Assembly (NCBI GenBank): GCA_963923845.1
Contig: CAWULR010000001.1
Coordinates: 1 to 61,933, forward strand
Length of the DNA stretch: 61,933 nucleotides
Direction of reading: 5' to 3'
From: an uncultured bacterium
GTDB lineage: Bacteria > Chloroflexota > Limnocylindria > Limnocylindrales > Limnocylindraceae
The translations under genes and the position numbers were made by a program. Shown here piece after piece: positions 20,209-29,441 of this stretch. The notes beneath the pieces are model-generated. The model worked only from the letters and a program-made list of their open reading frames with translations, was not told where the DNA came from and ran no database searches. Positions within the stretch are counted from its first letter, which is position 1. Every line of letters begins with the position of its first letter.

Positions 20209-21614
20209 CCAGCGTCGCCACCTCTCCTGTCGACCTTCTCCAGCAGCTCCGAGATTCGATGCGCGTCGACCGAACGGGCGCGCTGACGATCCTGGACAAG
20301 GAGGCGCTGCGGCGGCGCGGCGCGGCCACCCTTGCCTGGAGCGCCGCCTTCTCGCCCGACGAGCCGACCGTCAGGTGTGCCCAGTGGCTCGCGCGTGCTG
20401 CCGCTCGTGCGAGCGGTGCCTACAGCGCGAGCATCGCTCCGCTCTATGCGGCGCGTGCCGCGGGCGCCTACGACGGGCTCACCGTCCCTGCGATCAACCT
20501 TCGAACCCAAGTCTTCGACACGGCCCGGAGCGCGCTGGAGTGCGCGGCGGAGATCGACGGCGCGGCGGTGATCTTCGAACTTGCCCGTTCCGAACAGACC
20601 TACACGTTCCAACGTCCGGTCGACTACGCCACGAGCCTGTACGCGGCCGCGATCGCCGCAGGCTGGCACGGCCCGCTCTTCATCCAAGGGGACCATTACC
20701 AGTTCGTCGCACGGAGGTACTCGGTCGACCCCGAGACGGTCCTCGAGGAGATCTCGCGTGCCTGCCGCCTCGCCCTGGACGCTGGATACCGGAACATCGA
20801 CATCGATGCATCGACCCTGGTCGACCTCGACAGGGGGACCGTCGCGGAACAGCAGCACCTGAACATCGAGCGCACCGCCGACATGGCCGCGTTCATCCGG
20901 TCGATCGAGCCGAGCGGCATCGACGTTGCCATCGGCGGCGAGATCGGCGAGGTCGGCAGCAGCAATTCGACGGTCGAAGAGCTCTCGGCGTTCCTCGACG
21001 GTTTCGACGCAGGACTCGCTCGCCGCAGCCCAGGTGCGCGCGGTCTGAGCAAGGTCTCGGTACAGACCGGGACGAGCCATGGCGGCGTGCCGCTCCCGGG
21101 CGGCGGGGTCGCAGACGTCGCACTCGACTTCGGGGTCTTGGAACGCCTTGGCGCGTTGGCGCGCGAGCGCGGACTCGCGGGAGCGGTGCAGCACGGGGCT
21201 TCGACGCTTCCGGAGCGGCTCTTCCATCGCTTCCCCGAGGTGGGAACCGCCGAGGTCCATCTCGCCACCGGATTCCAGAACGCGCTCCTCGACCATCCTG
21301 CCTTCCCTGCGGAGCTGCGCAGCGAGATTGCCGCCTGGTTGCACGCGAACGCGGCCGATGAAGCGAAGCCCGGCGACAGCGAGGAGCAGTTCATCTATCG
21401 AACGCGGAAGAAGGCGCTCGGGCCGTTCAAGCGACAGCTGTGGGAGGTTGCGGGGAACGGCGAGATCATCGCGACCCAGCGGGAGCGCTTTGCGTCGCTC
21501 TTTGCGCAACTCGGCGTCGCGGGCACCCGTGCGCTCGTGGCCAGGTGGGTCCCTGAGCGCTCAGATCCTCTTCCCGACGCGCCGGTCGAACTGCTCGGAG
21601 CGGCGGACGTCTAG
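20205..21614 (+). CDS. Class II fructose/tagatose-bisphosphate aldolase family protein (long form)
   Basis: VPAINLRT, IFELARSE, LFIQGDHYQF, NIDIDASTL, SVQTGTSHGG and VQHGAST match the ordered blocks of the F_bP_aldolase (class II) fold. ATG 20205 is preferred over TTG 20199. Confidence 0.7.
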   Translation: MTSVATSPVDLLQQLRDSMRVDRTGALTILDKEALRRRGAATLAWSAAFSPDEPTVRCAQWLARAAARASGAYSASIAPLYAARAAGAYDGLTVPAINLRTQVFDTARSALECAAEIDGAAVIFELARSEQTYTFQRPVDYATSLYAAAIAAGWHGPLFIQGDHYQFVARRYSVDPETVLEEISRACRLALDAGYRNIDIDASTLVDLDRGTVAEQQHLNIERTADMAAFIRSIEPSGIDVAIGGEIGEVGSSNSTVEELSAFLDGFDAGLARRSPGARGLSKVSVQTGTSHGGVPLPGGGVADVALDFGVLERLGALARERGLAGAVQHGASTLPERLFHRFPEVGTAEVHLATGFQNALLDHPAFPAELRSEIAAWLHANAADEAKPGDSEEQFIYRTRKKALGPFKRQLWEVAGNGEIIATQRERFASLFAQLGVAGTRALVARWVPERSDPLPDAPVELLGAADV

Positions 21615-22948
21615 CTGCGCGTCACACCGGCCGCGTCGAGCGACTCCTCGAGGATCCCAAGGGCTAGCTCCACTTCGTCTGCCGTGGTGACGAGCGGAGG
21701 GATGATGCGGATCACCTGGGCGTAGGAGCCGGCGGAGAGGAGCAGCAACTTTCGTTTTGCCGCTTCGGCGATCACGCGCTTCACGGCATCGGGGTCTGGT
21801 GTGCGTCCGTCGCCGTCGTTCGGCTTGACGAACTCGAGGGCGAGCATCAGGCCGAGGCCGCGCACATCGCCGATCCCTGCGCGACCCGTCGCGATCCGAC
21901 GGAGTCCGTCGAGCATCTGGGCGCCGCGCTCCGCCGCTCGCTCCACGAGGCGTTCTTCCTGGATGACATCGAGCGTTGCGAGGGCTGCGGCGCAGGCGAC
22001 CACGTTGCCGCCATAGGTCCCGCCGTGCGTTCCGGGCGACCAGCTCTCGATCAGCTCCTTTCGCGCGATGATGCCCGAGAGCGGCAGGCCCGACGCGATC
22101 CCCTTCGCCATCACGAGGATGTCCGGCTCGACGCCGTGATGCTGGACGGCAAACATCTTCCCCGTGCGACCGAAGCCCGTCTGCACTTCGTCCGCGATGA
22201 GCAAGATGCCGAGCTCCTTGGTCAGCTGCCTGAGGCGGGGAAGGAAGCCGGACGGCGGCACGACATACCCGCCTTCGCCGAGGACCGGCTCGACGACGAC
22301 GGCGGCGACGTCGTCAGCGCTCGCGAGCGTGTGGAGCGTGAGATCCCACTCTTCTTCCCAGCGACAGCTGCAGCCCGCACACGAACCAGAGGCGCCAGAA
22401 CTGCGCGCATCGCGTGCGGCGACCGGTGCGCGATAGCAGTAGGGGTACGCGGTGCTGTAGACGGAACCGGGGAGCGGTTCGAAGTGCCCGCGGTAGACGT
22501 TCTTCGCCGTGGTCATGGCCATCGTCTGCGCCGTCCGACCGTGATACCCGCCTCGGAAGACGAGGATGACGCGGCGCTTCGTCGCGCGTCGGGCAAGCTT
22601 CACCGCGGCCTCGACCGCCTCGCTCCCGGAGTTGGAGAGGAAGACGCCCCACGGTCCGCCCGGAAGCAGCGTGCTCAGGCGCTCGTGGAGCCGCAGTCCA
22701 GGCTCGTGGTAGACGATGTTCTGCTGTCCGTGGATGAGCCTCTTCGCCTGATCCGCTATCGCCGCTGCCACCTTCGGATGTGCGTGTCCGGTGTTCACGA
22801 CGCCGATTCCAGAGGTGTAGTCGAGCCAGCGATCGCCTGCGCGGTCGATCAGCCAGGCGCCCTCTCCGCGCTCCACGTCGACGTTGCCGGAACGACCCCA
22901 GACCGGGGCGATGACCTCGTGCCCGGGGATCGGCGTCGGCTTGCTCAC
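21611..22948 (-). CDS. Class III (omega) aminotransferase, GABA/putrescine aminotransferase-like
   Basis: SGIGVVNTGHAHP, SNSGSEAVEAAVKLAR, IADEVQTGFGRTG, and the PLP-lysine context ILVMAKGIASG. GTG start has a GTGA overlap with potC. Confidence 0.85.
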   Translation of the reverse strand: MSKPTPIPGHEVIAPVWGRSGNVDVERGEGAWLIDRAGDRWLDYTSGIGVVNTGHAHPKVAAAIADQAKRLIHGQQNIVYHEPGLRLHERLSTLLPGGPWGVFLSNSGSEAVEAAVKLARRATKRRVILVFRGGYHGRTAQTMAMTTAKNVYRGHFEPLPGSVYSTAYPYCYRAPVAARDARSSGASGSCAGCSCRWEEEWDLTLHTLASADDVAAVVVEPVLGEGGYVVPPSGFLPRLRQLTKELGILLIADEVQTGFGRTGKMFAVQHHGVEPDILVMAKGIASGLPLSGIIARKELIESWSPGTHGGTYGGNVVACAAALATLDVIQEERLVERAAERGAQMLDGLRRIATGRAGIGDVRGLGLMLALEFVKPNDGDGRTPDPDAVKRVIAEAAKRKLLLLSAGSYAQVIRIIPPLVTTADEVELALGILEESLDAAGVTRS

Positions 22949-23757
22949 GGCTTGAGGGTAGCGCGACGGCGCTGGAGGAGCGCACCGATCGCGACGAGGG
23001 AGACCGTTGCAACGAAGAAGAGCGTGGCGAACGCGTTCACCTGCGGCGGGATTCCCTTCTGGACCTTCAGGTAGATGTAGACGGGAAAGGTCTGCACCTG
23101 GCCGGCGTTGAAGCGGGTGATGACGAAGTCGTCGAGTGAGAGCCCGAAGGCGAGGACGGCACTCGCGGCGATCCCGGGAAGGATCAACGGGAAGGTGACC
23201 TTCCAGAAGGTCTGCCAGGGAGTGGCACCGAGATCGGCGGCCGCCTCCTCGAGTCGCATGTCGAATCCGGAGAGGCGGGCCTTCATCGTCACCACGACGT
23301 AGCTGACGTTGAACATGACGTGGGCCAGGATCAGCGTCAGCTCACCGAGCGGGATCTGCAGGGTCACGAAGAGCGTGAGGAGCGAGGCCCCGAGGACGAT
23401 CTCGGGCGTTGCGAGCGGCAAGAAGACGAAGAGGTCGACCGCCCTGCGGAACCTGAAGGCGTAACGGACGAGCGCCATGGCCATCAGCGTGCCGATGGAG
23501 GTCGCGACGACGGTAGAGATGAGCGCGATCCGCAGCGACGTGCCGACCGCCTTCACGAGCGACGGATCGCGGAAGAGGGTGAGCCAGTTGTCGAGCGTGA
23601 ACGAGGACCACGAGTAGTTGGATCGGCCGATCGGGTCGTTGAAGCTGAACATCGCAACCATGAAGATCGGCAGGAGCAGGTAGACCAGGGCCAGCACGGC
23701 GTAGACGGCGAGTGCCCGAGAGAGGATCGCTGCGCCGACCCGCTGCAGTGCCGACAT
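22945..23757 (-). CDS. potC: Spermidine/putrescine ABC transporter permease
   Basis: 270 aa, 6 TM, typical PotC/PotI-type layout. TGATG junction with the upstream permease gene. Confidence 0.75.
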   Translation of the reverse strand: MSALQRVGAAILSRALAVYAVLALVYLLLPIFMVAMFSFNDPIGRSNYSWSSFTLDNWLTLFRDPSLVKAVGTSLRIALISTVVATSIGTLMAMALVRYAFRFRRAVDLFVFLPLATPEIVLGASLLTLFVTLQIPLGELTLILAHVMFNVSYVVVTMKARLSGFDMRLEEAAADLGATPWQTFWKVTFPLILPGIAASAVLAFGLSLDDFVITRFNAGQVQTFPVYIYLKVQKGIPPQVNAFATLFFVATVSLVAIGALLQRRRATLKP

Positions 23758-24626
23758 CAGATCGCCTTGGAGGTGAGCTCGTCGGTGCCGAGGAGCCGTC
23801 CGTAGAGCGCCACGCCCGCGAGGATCAGCACCATCAGCATGAAGCTCAACGCGGCCGCGGTCGGATAGTCGCGCACCACCAGGAACTGCCGCTGGATGAT
23901 GTTGCCGATCATCGTCGTCCCAGGGTTGCCGAGAAGCTCGGCATTGATGAAGTCGCCGATCGCGGGGATGAAGGTGAGCAGCGAGCCCGCGAAGATGCCG
24001 GGCACGGCAAGCGGCAGCGTGACCCGACGGAAGGCCCCCCAGCTGCTCGCGTAGAGGTCTTGGGCCGCCTCGAGCAGCCGACGGTCGATCTTCTCCAGGG
24101 AGACGTAGATCGGCAGGATCATGAAGGGTACGAAGTTGTAGGCGATCCCTGCGATCACGGAGTACGGCGTGTCCAGGATGCGCGCGGCCGGATCGATCAA
24201 CCCGATCGCCTTGAGCGGCCCGAGGACGATCGAATCGTCGCCGAGGATCGTCCGCCAGCCGATGGTGCGGAGCAGGTACGAAGTGAAGAACGGCGCGACC
24301 ACGAGGAAGAGCATGACGTTGCGTGCCCGCCCCGCCCTGAAGGCGATGAAGTAGGCGAGCGGAAAGGCGATTGCAAAGCAGAGCAGCGTCGCGGCGAAAC
24401 CGTATTGGATCGAACGGAGATACTGCTCTTGGTACGTCCCCAGCGCGTTCGGGTAGTTCACCCAGTTCGCGAGGCTGAAGCTGAACCCTCCCTCGAGCGT
24501 TCCGCTCCAGAAGCTCGACGCGAACATCTGGACGTTCGGTGCGAGGTAGAACGAGGCGAGCCAGGCGAGACCCGGACCGAGAAGGAGGAGCGGGACGAGC
24601 GCCGGGTAGCGTCGAATCAAGCCCAT
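23757..24626 (-). CDS. potB: Spermidine/putrescine ABC transporter permease
   Basis: 289 aa, polytopic. EAAQDLYASSWGAFRRVTLPL is the EAA-loop of binding-protein-dependent permeases. Confidence 0.75.
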   Translation of the reverse strand: MGLIRRYPALVPLLLLGPGLAWLASFYLAPNVQMFASSFWSGTLEGGFSFSLANWVNYPNALGTYQEQYLRSIQYGFAATLLCFAIAFPLAYFIAFRAGRARNVMLFLVVAPFFTSYLLRTIGWRTILGDDSIVLGPLKAIGLIDPAARILDTPYSVIAGIAYNFVPFMILPIYVSLEKIDRRLLEAAQDLYASSWGAFRRVTLPLAVPGIFAGSLLTFIPAIGDFINAELLGNPGTTMIGNIIQRQFLVVRDYPTAAALSFMLMVLILAGVALYGRLLGTDELTSKAI

Positions 24627-24651
24627 GTGCTCGTCCCTGCTATCGGCAAGA

Positions 24652-25848
24652 TCAGGCGCCGACGCCCTCGACGACCGCGCTGAACTGCTCGTCGAAGTAC
24701 GCCTGATCCTCTGCGCTCACGTCACCCCAGACGCGCAGCCGCTTCTTTGTCTCGTCGTCTGGAAAGATCAGCGGGTTGGTGGCGAGCGCAGGATCGATCT
24801 TGGTGATCTCTTCCGCGGCACCCTTCACCGGGCAGATGTACTGGACATATGCCTCCACGACCGCCGCGATTTCGGGCTGGTAGTAGAAGTCGATCCAGAG
24901 CTCGGCCGTGTACTTGTTCTTTGCCCCCTTCGGGATCAGCATGTTGTCCGTTGCGTACATCCCGCCCTCGTCCGGAACGATGAACTCGAGCTCCGGTTTG
25001 TCCGCCTGGATGATGCCCACGTCGCCAGACCAGGCGATCGCCGCGTAGGCGGCATCGTTGATCAGGAGTTCGGTGTAGCCCTGGCCCGAGAGCTTGCGAA
25101 CCTGTTCCGAGGCGATCGCGTCCTCGAGGGTCTTGATTGCCGCGTCGAACGTCGCTCTCGTCGGCATCGAGGGATCGGCGCCGTTTCCGAGCATCACCAG
25201 GCCCACGGTGTCGCGCAACTCGGTGAGCAGCACGACCTTCCCCTTGAGCGTGGCGTCCCAGAGGCCGCTGACGGTGGTGAAGCGAGCGGTCTTCTTGGTG
25301 TTCACCCCGAGCCCGGTCATCAGCGACTGCCATGGCGCGAGGTAGTCGTTTCCCGGATCGGCGGCGCGACCCTTGAACTCGTCGGCAAGGTTCGCCACGA
25401 AGTTCGGCATGTTCGCCTTGTCGAACTTCTCTGCCCATCCGAGATCGACGATCTTCTTCGCCATCCAGGTGGTCGGCGTGACGATGTCCCAGCCGGTGTC
25501 CTGGCCCGCTTCGAGCGGTGCCTTGATCGTGCCGAAGAACTCGTCGTTGTCCAAGAGCACCTCTTGGTAGTTGACCCTGGTGCCGTACTTCGCCTTGAAA
25601 CGGCGCAGGCTCTCGGAGGTGTCTGCCGTGGCGGTGTCGACTCCCTCGTCGACGTCGATGTAGTAGGTCCAATTCGCAAAGTTGATCTCACTGCTCGGCG
25701 AGTCGGTTCCGTCGGTGCTTTCGGACGGCGCCGAGGAGCTGCCCGATGTGCCGCAGGCGGCCAGGAAGGCGGCGGCGCCCGCGATCGCACCCGCTTTGAG
25801 GACCGTTCTCCGGTCGAGTTCGGTTCCCAGGACCTTGTTCGTCTCCAT
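24652..25848 (-). CDS. potD: Polyamine (spermidine/putrescine) ABC substrate-binding lipoprotein
   Basis: RRTVLKAGAIAGAAAFLAACGTSG is a Tat-like signal plus a LAAC lipobox. PotD/PotF-like size and Trp/Tyr-rich body (NWTYYID, WDIVTPTTW). Confidence 0.7.
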   Translation of the reverse strand: METNKVLGTELDRRTVLKAGAIAGAAAFLAACGTSGSSSAPSESTDGTDSPSSEINFANWTYYIDVDEGVDTATADTSESLRRFKAKYGTRVNYQEVLLDNDEFFGTIKAPLEAGQDTGWDIVTPTTWMAKKIVDLGWAEKFDKANMPNFVANLADEFKGRAADPGNDYLAPWQSLMTGLGVNTKKTARFTTVSGLWDATLKGKVVLLTELRDTVGLVMLGNGADPSMPTRATFDAAIKTLEDAIASEQVRKLSGQGYTELLINDAAYAAIAWSGDVGIIQADKPELEFIVPDEGGMYATDNMLIPKGAKNKYTAELWIDFYYQPEIAAVVEAYVQYICPVKGAAEEITKIDPALATNPLIFPDDETKKRLRVWGDVSAEDQAYFDEQFSAVVEGVGA

Positions 25849-25869
25849 TGCCGTGCCCCTTTCTGCGCC

Positions 25870-26985
25870 TCAGGCGCCTGCTGCGTCGCCGACGACGAAG
25901 CTGCTCTCCGGCTTCCAGGTGAGCGTGACGCTCTCGCCCGGTCGCCAGGTGTCGTTCCGCGTGGTGCGATCCCGATTCTGTTCGCTGACGAGCAGCCGAA
26001 GGCCGCCCTTCCCCTCCACAACATACTGTGTGATCACGCCGAGGTAGCTCGTGTCCACCACGGTCCCCTCCAGCGCGTTCCCCTTGGACTCTTGGCCCGG
26101 CTCGAGCAGCGTGAGCTTCTCGGGTCGAACGCCGATCGCTCCGCTGCCGCCGATGTCGCCGAGACTCTTCGGCGCGCGGACGACCGCACCGGATGGGAGC
26201 GTCACCGTCCAGTTCTCTCCGTCGCTGCCGATCCTCCCCTCGAGCAGGTTGCTGGCACCGACGAAACCGGCGACGAAGCGCGTCGCGGGGCGCTCGTAGA
26301 GGGTCTCGGGTCCCGCGAGCTGTTCGTAGCGTCCCTTGTTCATCACCGCGATCCGATCGGACATGGTCATCGCCTCCTCTTGGTCGTGCGTCACATAGAT
26401 GAAGGTGATGCCGACCTCGCGCTGGATGCGCTTGAGCTCGATCCCCATCTGCTTGCGCAGCTTCAGGTCGAGCGCTCCGAGCGGTTCGTCGAGCAGGAGG
26501 ACGGCCGGCTCGTTGACGAGGGCACGCGCGAGGGCGACGCGCTGCGCCTGCCCTCCTGAGAGCTGCGCGGGGACGCGCTTCTCGAAGCCAACGAGCTGGA
26601 CGAGTTCCATCGCCTCGCCGACACGGCGCGTCAACTCGTCGCCCTTGACCCCGGACCGACGCAGGCCGAAGGCGACGTTTTCGTAGATCGTGAGGTGCGG
26701 AAAGAGCGCGTAGCTCTGGAAGACCGTGTTGACGTCGCGCTCGTGCGCAGGTTGGTAGGTGACGTCGACGCCTTTCAGCTCGATCAGCCCGCTGGTCGGC
26801 TGCTCGAAGCCGCCGATCATGCGCAACGTGGTCGTCTTGCCGCAGCCAGACGGGCCCAGCAGGGTGAAGAATTCGCCGTCGCTCACGTCGAGGGTGATCG
26901 AGTCGACGGCGACGTGATCCCCGAACCTCTTGGTCACGTTGACGAGACGAACGTCGACCTCAGCCACCCTTCGGGTCACCTCCAC
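25870..26985 (-). CDS. potA: Polyamine ABC transporter ATP-binding protein
   Basis: Walker A GPSGCGKTT, signature LSGGQAQRV, Walker B LLLDEP, and a TOBE-like C-terminal domain. GTG 26985 has GGAG 6 nt upstream; GTG 26967 is an alternative. Confidence 0.85.
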   Translation of the reverse strand: MEVTRRVAEVDVRLVNVTKRFGDHVAVDSITLDVSDGEFFTLLGPSGCGKTTTLRMIGGFEQPTSGLIELKGVDVTYQPAHERDVNTVFQSYALFPHLTIYENVAFGLRRSGVKGDELTRRVGEAMELVQLVGFEKRVPAQLSGGQAQRVALARALVNEPAVLLLDEPLGALDLKLRKQMGIELKRIQREVGITFIYVTHDQEEAMTMSDRIAVMNKGRYEQLAGPETLYERPATRFVAGFVGASNLLEGRIGSDGENWTVTLPSGAVVRAPKSLGDIGGSGAIGVRPEKLTLLEPGQESKGNALEGTVVDTSYLGVITQYVVEGKGGLRLLVSEQNRDRTTRNDTWRPGESVTLTWKPESSFVVGDAAGA

Positions 26986-27026
26986 AGAACGCTCCGCGCG
27001 TCGTTCCTCAACGTGAGGACTGGTTG

Positions 27027-27055
27027 AGCGTATGACCCACAGGGGGCGTGGTCAA
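27027..27055 (-). promoter_or_regulatory. Sigma-70-like promoter TTGACC-N17-TACGCT for the pot operon
   Basis: The reverse complement of 27027-27055 reads TTGACC ACGCCCCCTGTGGGTCA TACGCT, about 40 nt upstream of the potA start. Confidence 0.45.
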
Positions 27056-27084
27056 ACGGCGTTGCGGGGTACGATGTGGGTCAT
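27032..27084. repeat. Perfect 10-bp inverted repeat ATGACCCACA ... TGTGGGTCAT (33-nt spacer) in the divergent potA/mrp control region
   Basis: Arms at 27032-27041 and 27075-27084. The left arm lies in the spacer of the pot promoter. The right arm abuts or overlaps a plus-strand TACGAT (27070-27075). Confidence 0.5.
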
Positions 27085-27172
27085 CGGCCGGCCCCACCCC
27101 GAGCACGATCGCGCCGCGCTCCTCGGATGGGCCGACCGTAGGAGACGAGCCCGGCAGCAGCAAGGAGGGCAC

Positions 27173-28249
27173 GTGCCCCAGATCGACGAGGCGACGGTGA
27201 TGCAGGCGCTGCGCGCCGTCCAAGAGCCCGAGCTTGGGAAGGACATCGTCACCCTCGAGATGGTGAAGGAGCTTGCGCTCAGCGGTACGAGCGCCAGCCT
27301 GATGATCGAGTTGACCACGCCGGCCTGCCCGCTCAAAGACGTGATCGAGCGCGACGTCCGCGCCGCCCTCGACGGAATCGGCGTGCGCCTCGACGAGCTT
27401 CGCTGGGGGGCGAAGGTGCGGCGTGCCGCCGCGTCGAGCCAAGAGCGACTCCTGCCGAACATCCGGAACGTGGTCGCCGTCGCCTCGGGGAAGGGGGGCG
27501 TGGGGAAGAGCACGGTGTCGGTCAACCTCGCCGTGGCGCTGGCGCAGAGCGGCGCGCGTGTCGGCCTTCTCGACGCCGACATCACCGGACCGAATCTCCC
27601 CCAGATGCTCGGTGCAGCGGGCACGCCGAAGTCGAGCGCCGGCGGAAAGATCGAGCCGATCGAGCGCCATTCGGTGAAGCTGATCTCGATCCAGTTCTTC
27701 GTCCCCGAAGGTCAGCCGATCGTCTGGCGCGGTCCGCTGATCGGCGGCGCAATCCAGCAGTTCCTGCGCGATGTCGAGTGGGGCGAGCTCGACTATCTGG
27801 TGGTCGACCTTCCGCCCGGCACCTCCGACGCGCAGCTCACCCTTGCGCAGGCGGTGCCGCTCGCCGGCGCAGTCCTCGTGACCACCCCGCAAGATGTTGC
27901 GCTCTCAGATGTGGCGAAGGCGCTGGCGATGTTTCGTCGCATGAACGTGCCGATCCTCGGAGTCGTGGAGAACATGTCGTCGTTCGCCTGCCCTCACTGC
28001 GGTGAGCTGACGGAGATCTTCGGACGCGGCGGTGCGGAGCGGCTCGCCAAGGACGAAGGCCTTGACATGCTCGGTCGTGTGCCGCTCGAGATCTCGGTCC
28101 GACAAGGCGGCGACGCCGGGATCCCGGTCGTTGCACAGCGCGAACCGGGACCGGCGGCCCTGGCGCTCAAGGATGTTGCCGGTGCGGTCGCCGCGCGACT
28201 CGCGGTACGTGCTGCGAGCGAGAGCGGCACCACGTTGACCATCGCCTGA
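27173..28249 (+). CDS. Mrp/ApbC/NBP35-family Fe-S cluster carrier ATPase
   Basis: N-terminal DUF59-like region (VQEPELGKDIVTLEMV). Deviant Walker A VASGKGGVGKST. CPHCG cluster-ligand motif. GTG 27173 has an AAGGAGGG SD (27163-27170). Confidence 0.85.
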   Translation: MPQIDEATVMQALRAVQEPELGKDIVTLEMVKELALSGTSASLMIELTTPACPLKDVIERDVRAALDGIGVRLDELRWGAKVRRAAASSQERLLPNIRNVVAVASGKGGVGKSTVSVNLAVALAQSGARVGLLDADITGPNLPQMLGAAGTPKSSAGGKIEPIERHSVKLISIQFFVPEGQPIVWRGPLIGGAIQQFLRDVEWGELDYLVVDLPPGTSDAQLTLAQAVPLAGAVLVTTPQDVALSDVAKALAMFRRMNVPILGVVENMSSFACPHCGELTEIFGRGGAERLAKDEGLDMLGRVPLEISVRQGGDAGIPVVAQREPGPAALALKDVAGAVAARLAVRAASESGTTLTIA

Positions 28250-28980
28250 TGAACGAGAAGGGTCGTGACGAGCCGAGCCTCGGCGAGTCGCTCGAGGCGC
28301 TCATCGGCGCGCTTCGGAGCCTCGTGCTCGGACACTGGGCGCTGCTTCGCGCCGAACTCGGCTCGATCGCGCGCGACGTTGCGACCACGATTCTCGGCGC
28401 TGCGCTAGTCGTCTCGCTGGTCGTCACCGCGCTCCTGGGCCTCCTGATCGCGCTCTTCATCGTCCTCGGTGAGGAGCTCTTCGGTTCGCCGCTCTGGGGC
28501 GCCGCGCAGATGACACTCGTCCTGCTGTCGCTGGCGGCGCACGTGACGTCGTCAATCCTGCGCATCGAGACGGGCCGGCGCCGACGATCGTACGTGGTCG
28601 GCGCGGCGCTCGGGGTCGCTGCGCTGCTGGTTGCGGTGGTGCCGCTCGGGTGGACTCCGGGACCCGCCTGCGGGCTCGCACTGACGCTGCTCCTTGCCGT
28701 CGTGCTGATCGACCTGCTGCTCGGGCTGCGCACATTCGAAATGCAGCGGTTCACGGATCGCTTCATGCCGCTCGCCAGCGAAGCCGAGTTCCGAGCGACC
28801 GTGCGCGCCGTCGAAGATCTGGGCGACGAAGCGATCGGCTCGGTGGTCGCGGATCTCGGCGACGCGCTCGGGCGCGCCGACGAGTCGATCGGAGCGGTGC
28901 GTCGCTCGATTTCACGTGCTGCTGACGTGCTCGCACGAGCTGCGGAGAGGATCCGCCCTGACAAAGGGGGAGACGCTTGA
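28249..28980 (+). CDS. Membrane protein, actinobacterial Holin-X / DUF1469-like
   Basis: TGATG junction with mrp. LVLGHWALLRAELGSIARDV is followed by hydrophobic helices, as in holin superfamily III (Phage_holin_3_6) proteins (from memory). The C-terminal half is soluble and coiled-coil-like. Confidence 0.5.
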   Translation: MNEKGRDEPSLGESLEALIGALRSLVLGHWALLRAELGSIARDVATTILGAALVVSLVVTALLGLLIALFIVLGEELFGSPLWGAAQMTLVLLSLAAHVTSSILRIETGRRRRSYVVGAALGVAALLVAVVPLGWTPGPACGLALTLLLAVVLIDLLLGLRTFEMQRFTDRFMPLASEAEFRATVRAVEDLGDEAIGSVVADLGDALGRADESIGAVRRSISRAADVLARAAERIRPDKGGDA

Positions 28981-29441
28981 CCGACGCGAGGAGCGGTGGG
29001 GGGGTCGGCCGAACGCGCGACGCGCGCGTCGAAGCGCTCCTTGCATCGCGTCCGAGCGTGGCGCGCGAGGTCGAACACGTGCGCAGCGCTCGCTCGGCCT
29101 CGATCGACGGTGCGCGCAGCGTCGCGCGTCGGATCCGACCGAGCGGAAACATCGTGAGCGAGCTTCGGGCGCACCCGCTGCGTGCTGTCGGGCTGCTCAT
29201 CGCACTCTCCCTGCTCGGCGTGAGATGGCTCACCGGCCGCGGCAGCGCGGATGGCCGCGATGCGTCCGAGTCCCGATCGAACCGAAGCGGTATCGCCGGC
29301 TCGTTCGCCGCAGGACTCGCAGCCGCTGCCGCCGAACGGGGTGGTCGCGCCGTCATCGACGCGCTCCTGGACTCGCAGCAGAGCTCGGCGCGGACCCGGT
29401 CGGCGGTGGACGAAACCGCCCGCTCCACCGAAGATGAGTGA
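28977..29441 (+). CDS. Small membrane-anchored protein of unknown function (DUF3618-like?)
   Basis: TTG start with a TTGA overlap. Strong GC3 bias over the whole frame. One TM (AVGLLIALSLLGV). Its stop codon (29439-29441) directly abuts the tRNA-Leu. Confidence 0.45.
   Translation: MTDARSGGGVGRTRDARVEALLASRPSVAREVEHVRSARSASIDGARSVARRIRPSGNIVSELRAHPLRAVGLLIALSLLGVRWLTGRGSADGRDASESRSNRSGIAGSFAAGLAAAAAERGGRAVIDALLDSQQSSARTRSAVDETARSTEDE

Noticed and set aside
27032-27172. N-terminal extension of Mrp from TTG 27032 or ATG 27074
   Set aside because: The extension is Arg-rich and unlike Mrp N-termini. ATG 27074 lies inside the putative -10 element. GTG 27173 has a strong AAGGAGGG SD and yields the usual DUF59-type start.
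28249-29441. Holin-like genes as a prophage lysis cassette or island inserted at tRNA-Leu
   Set aside because: There is no endolysin, spanin, integrase, terminase or other phage gene. No direct repeat of the tRNA 3' end was seen nearby. The genes are translationally chained to housekeeping mrp.
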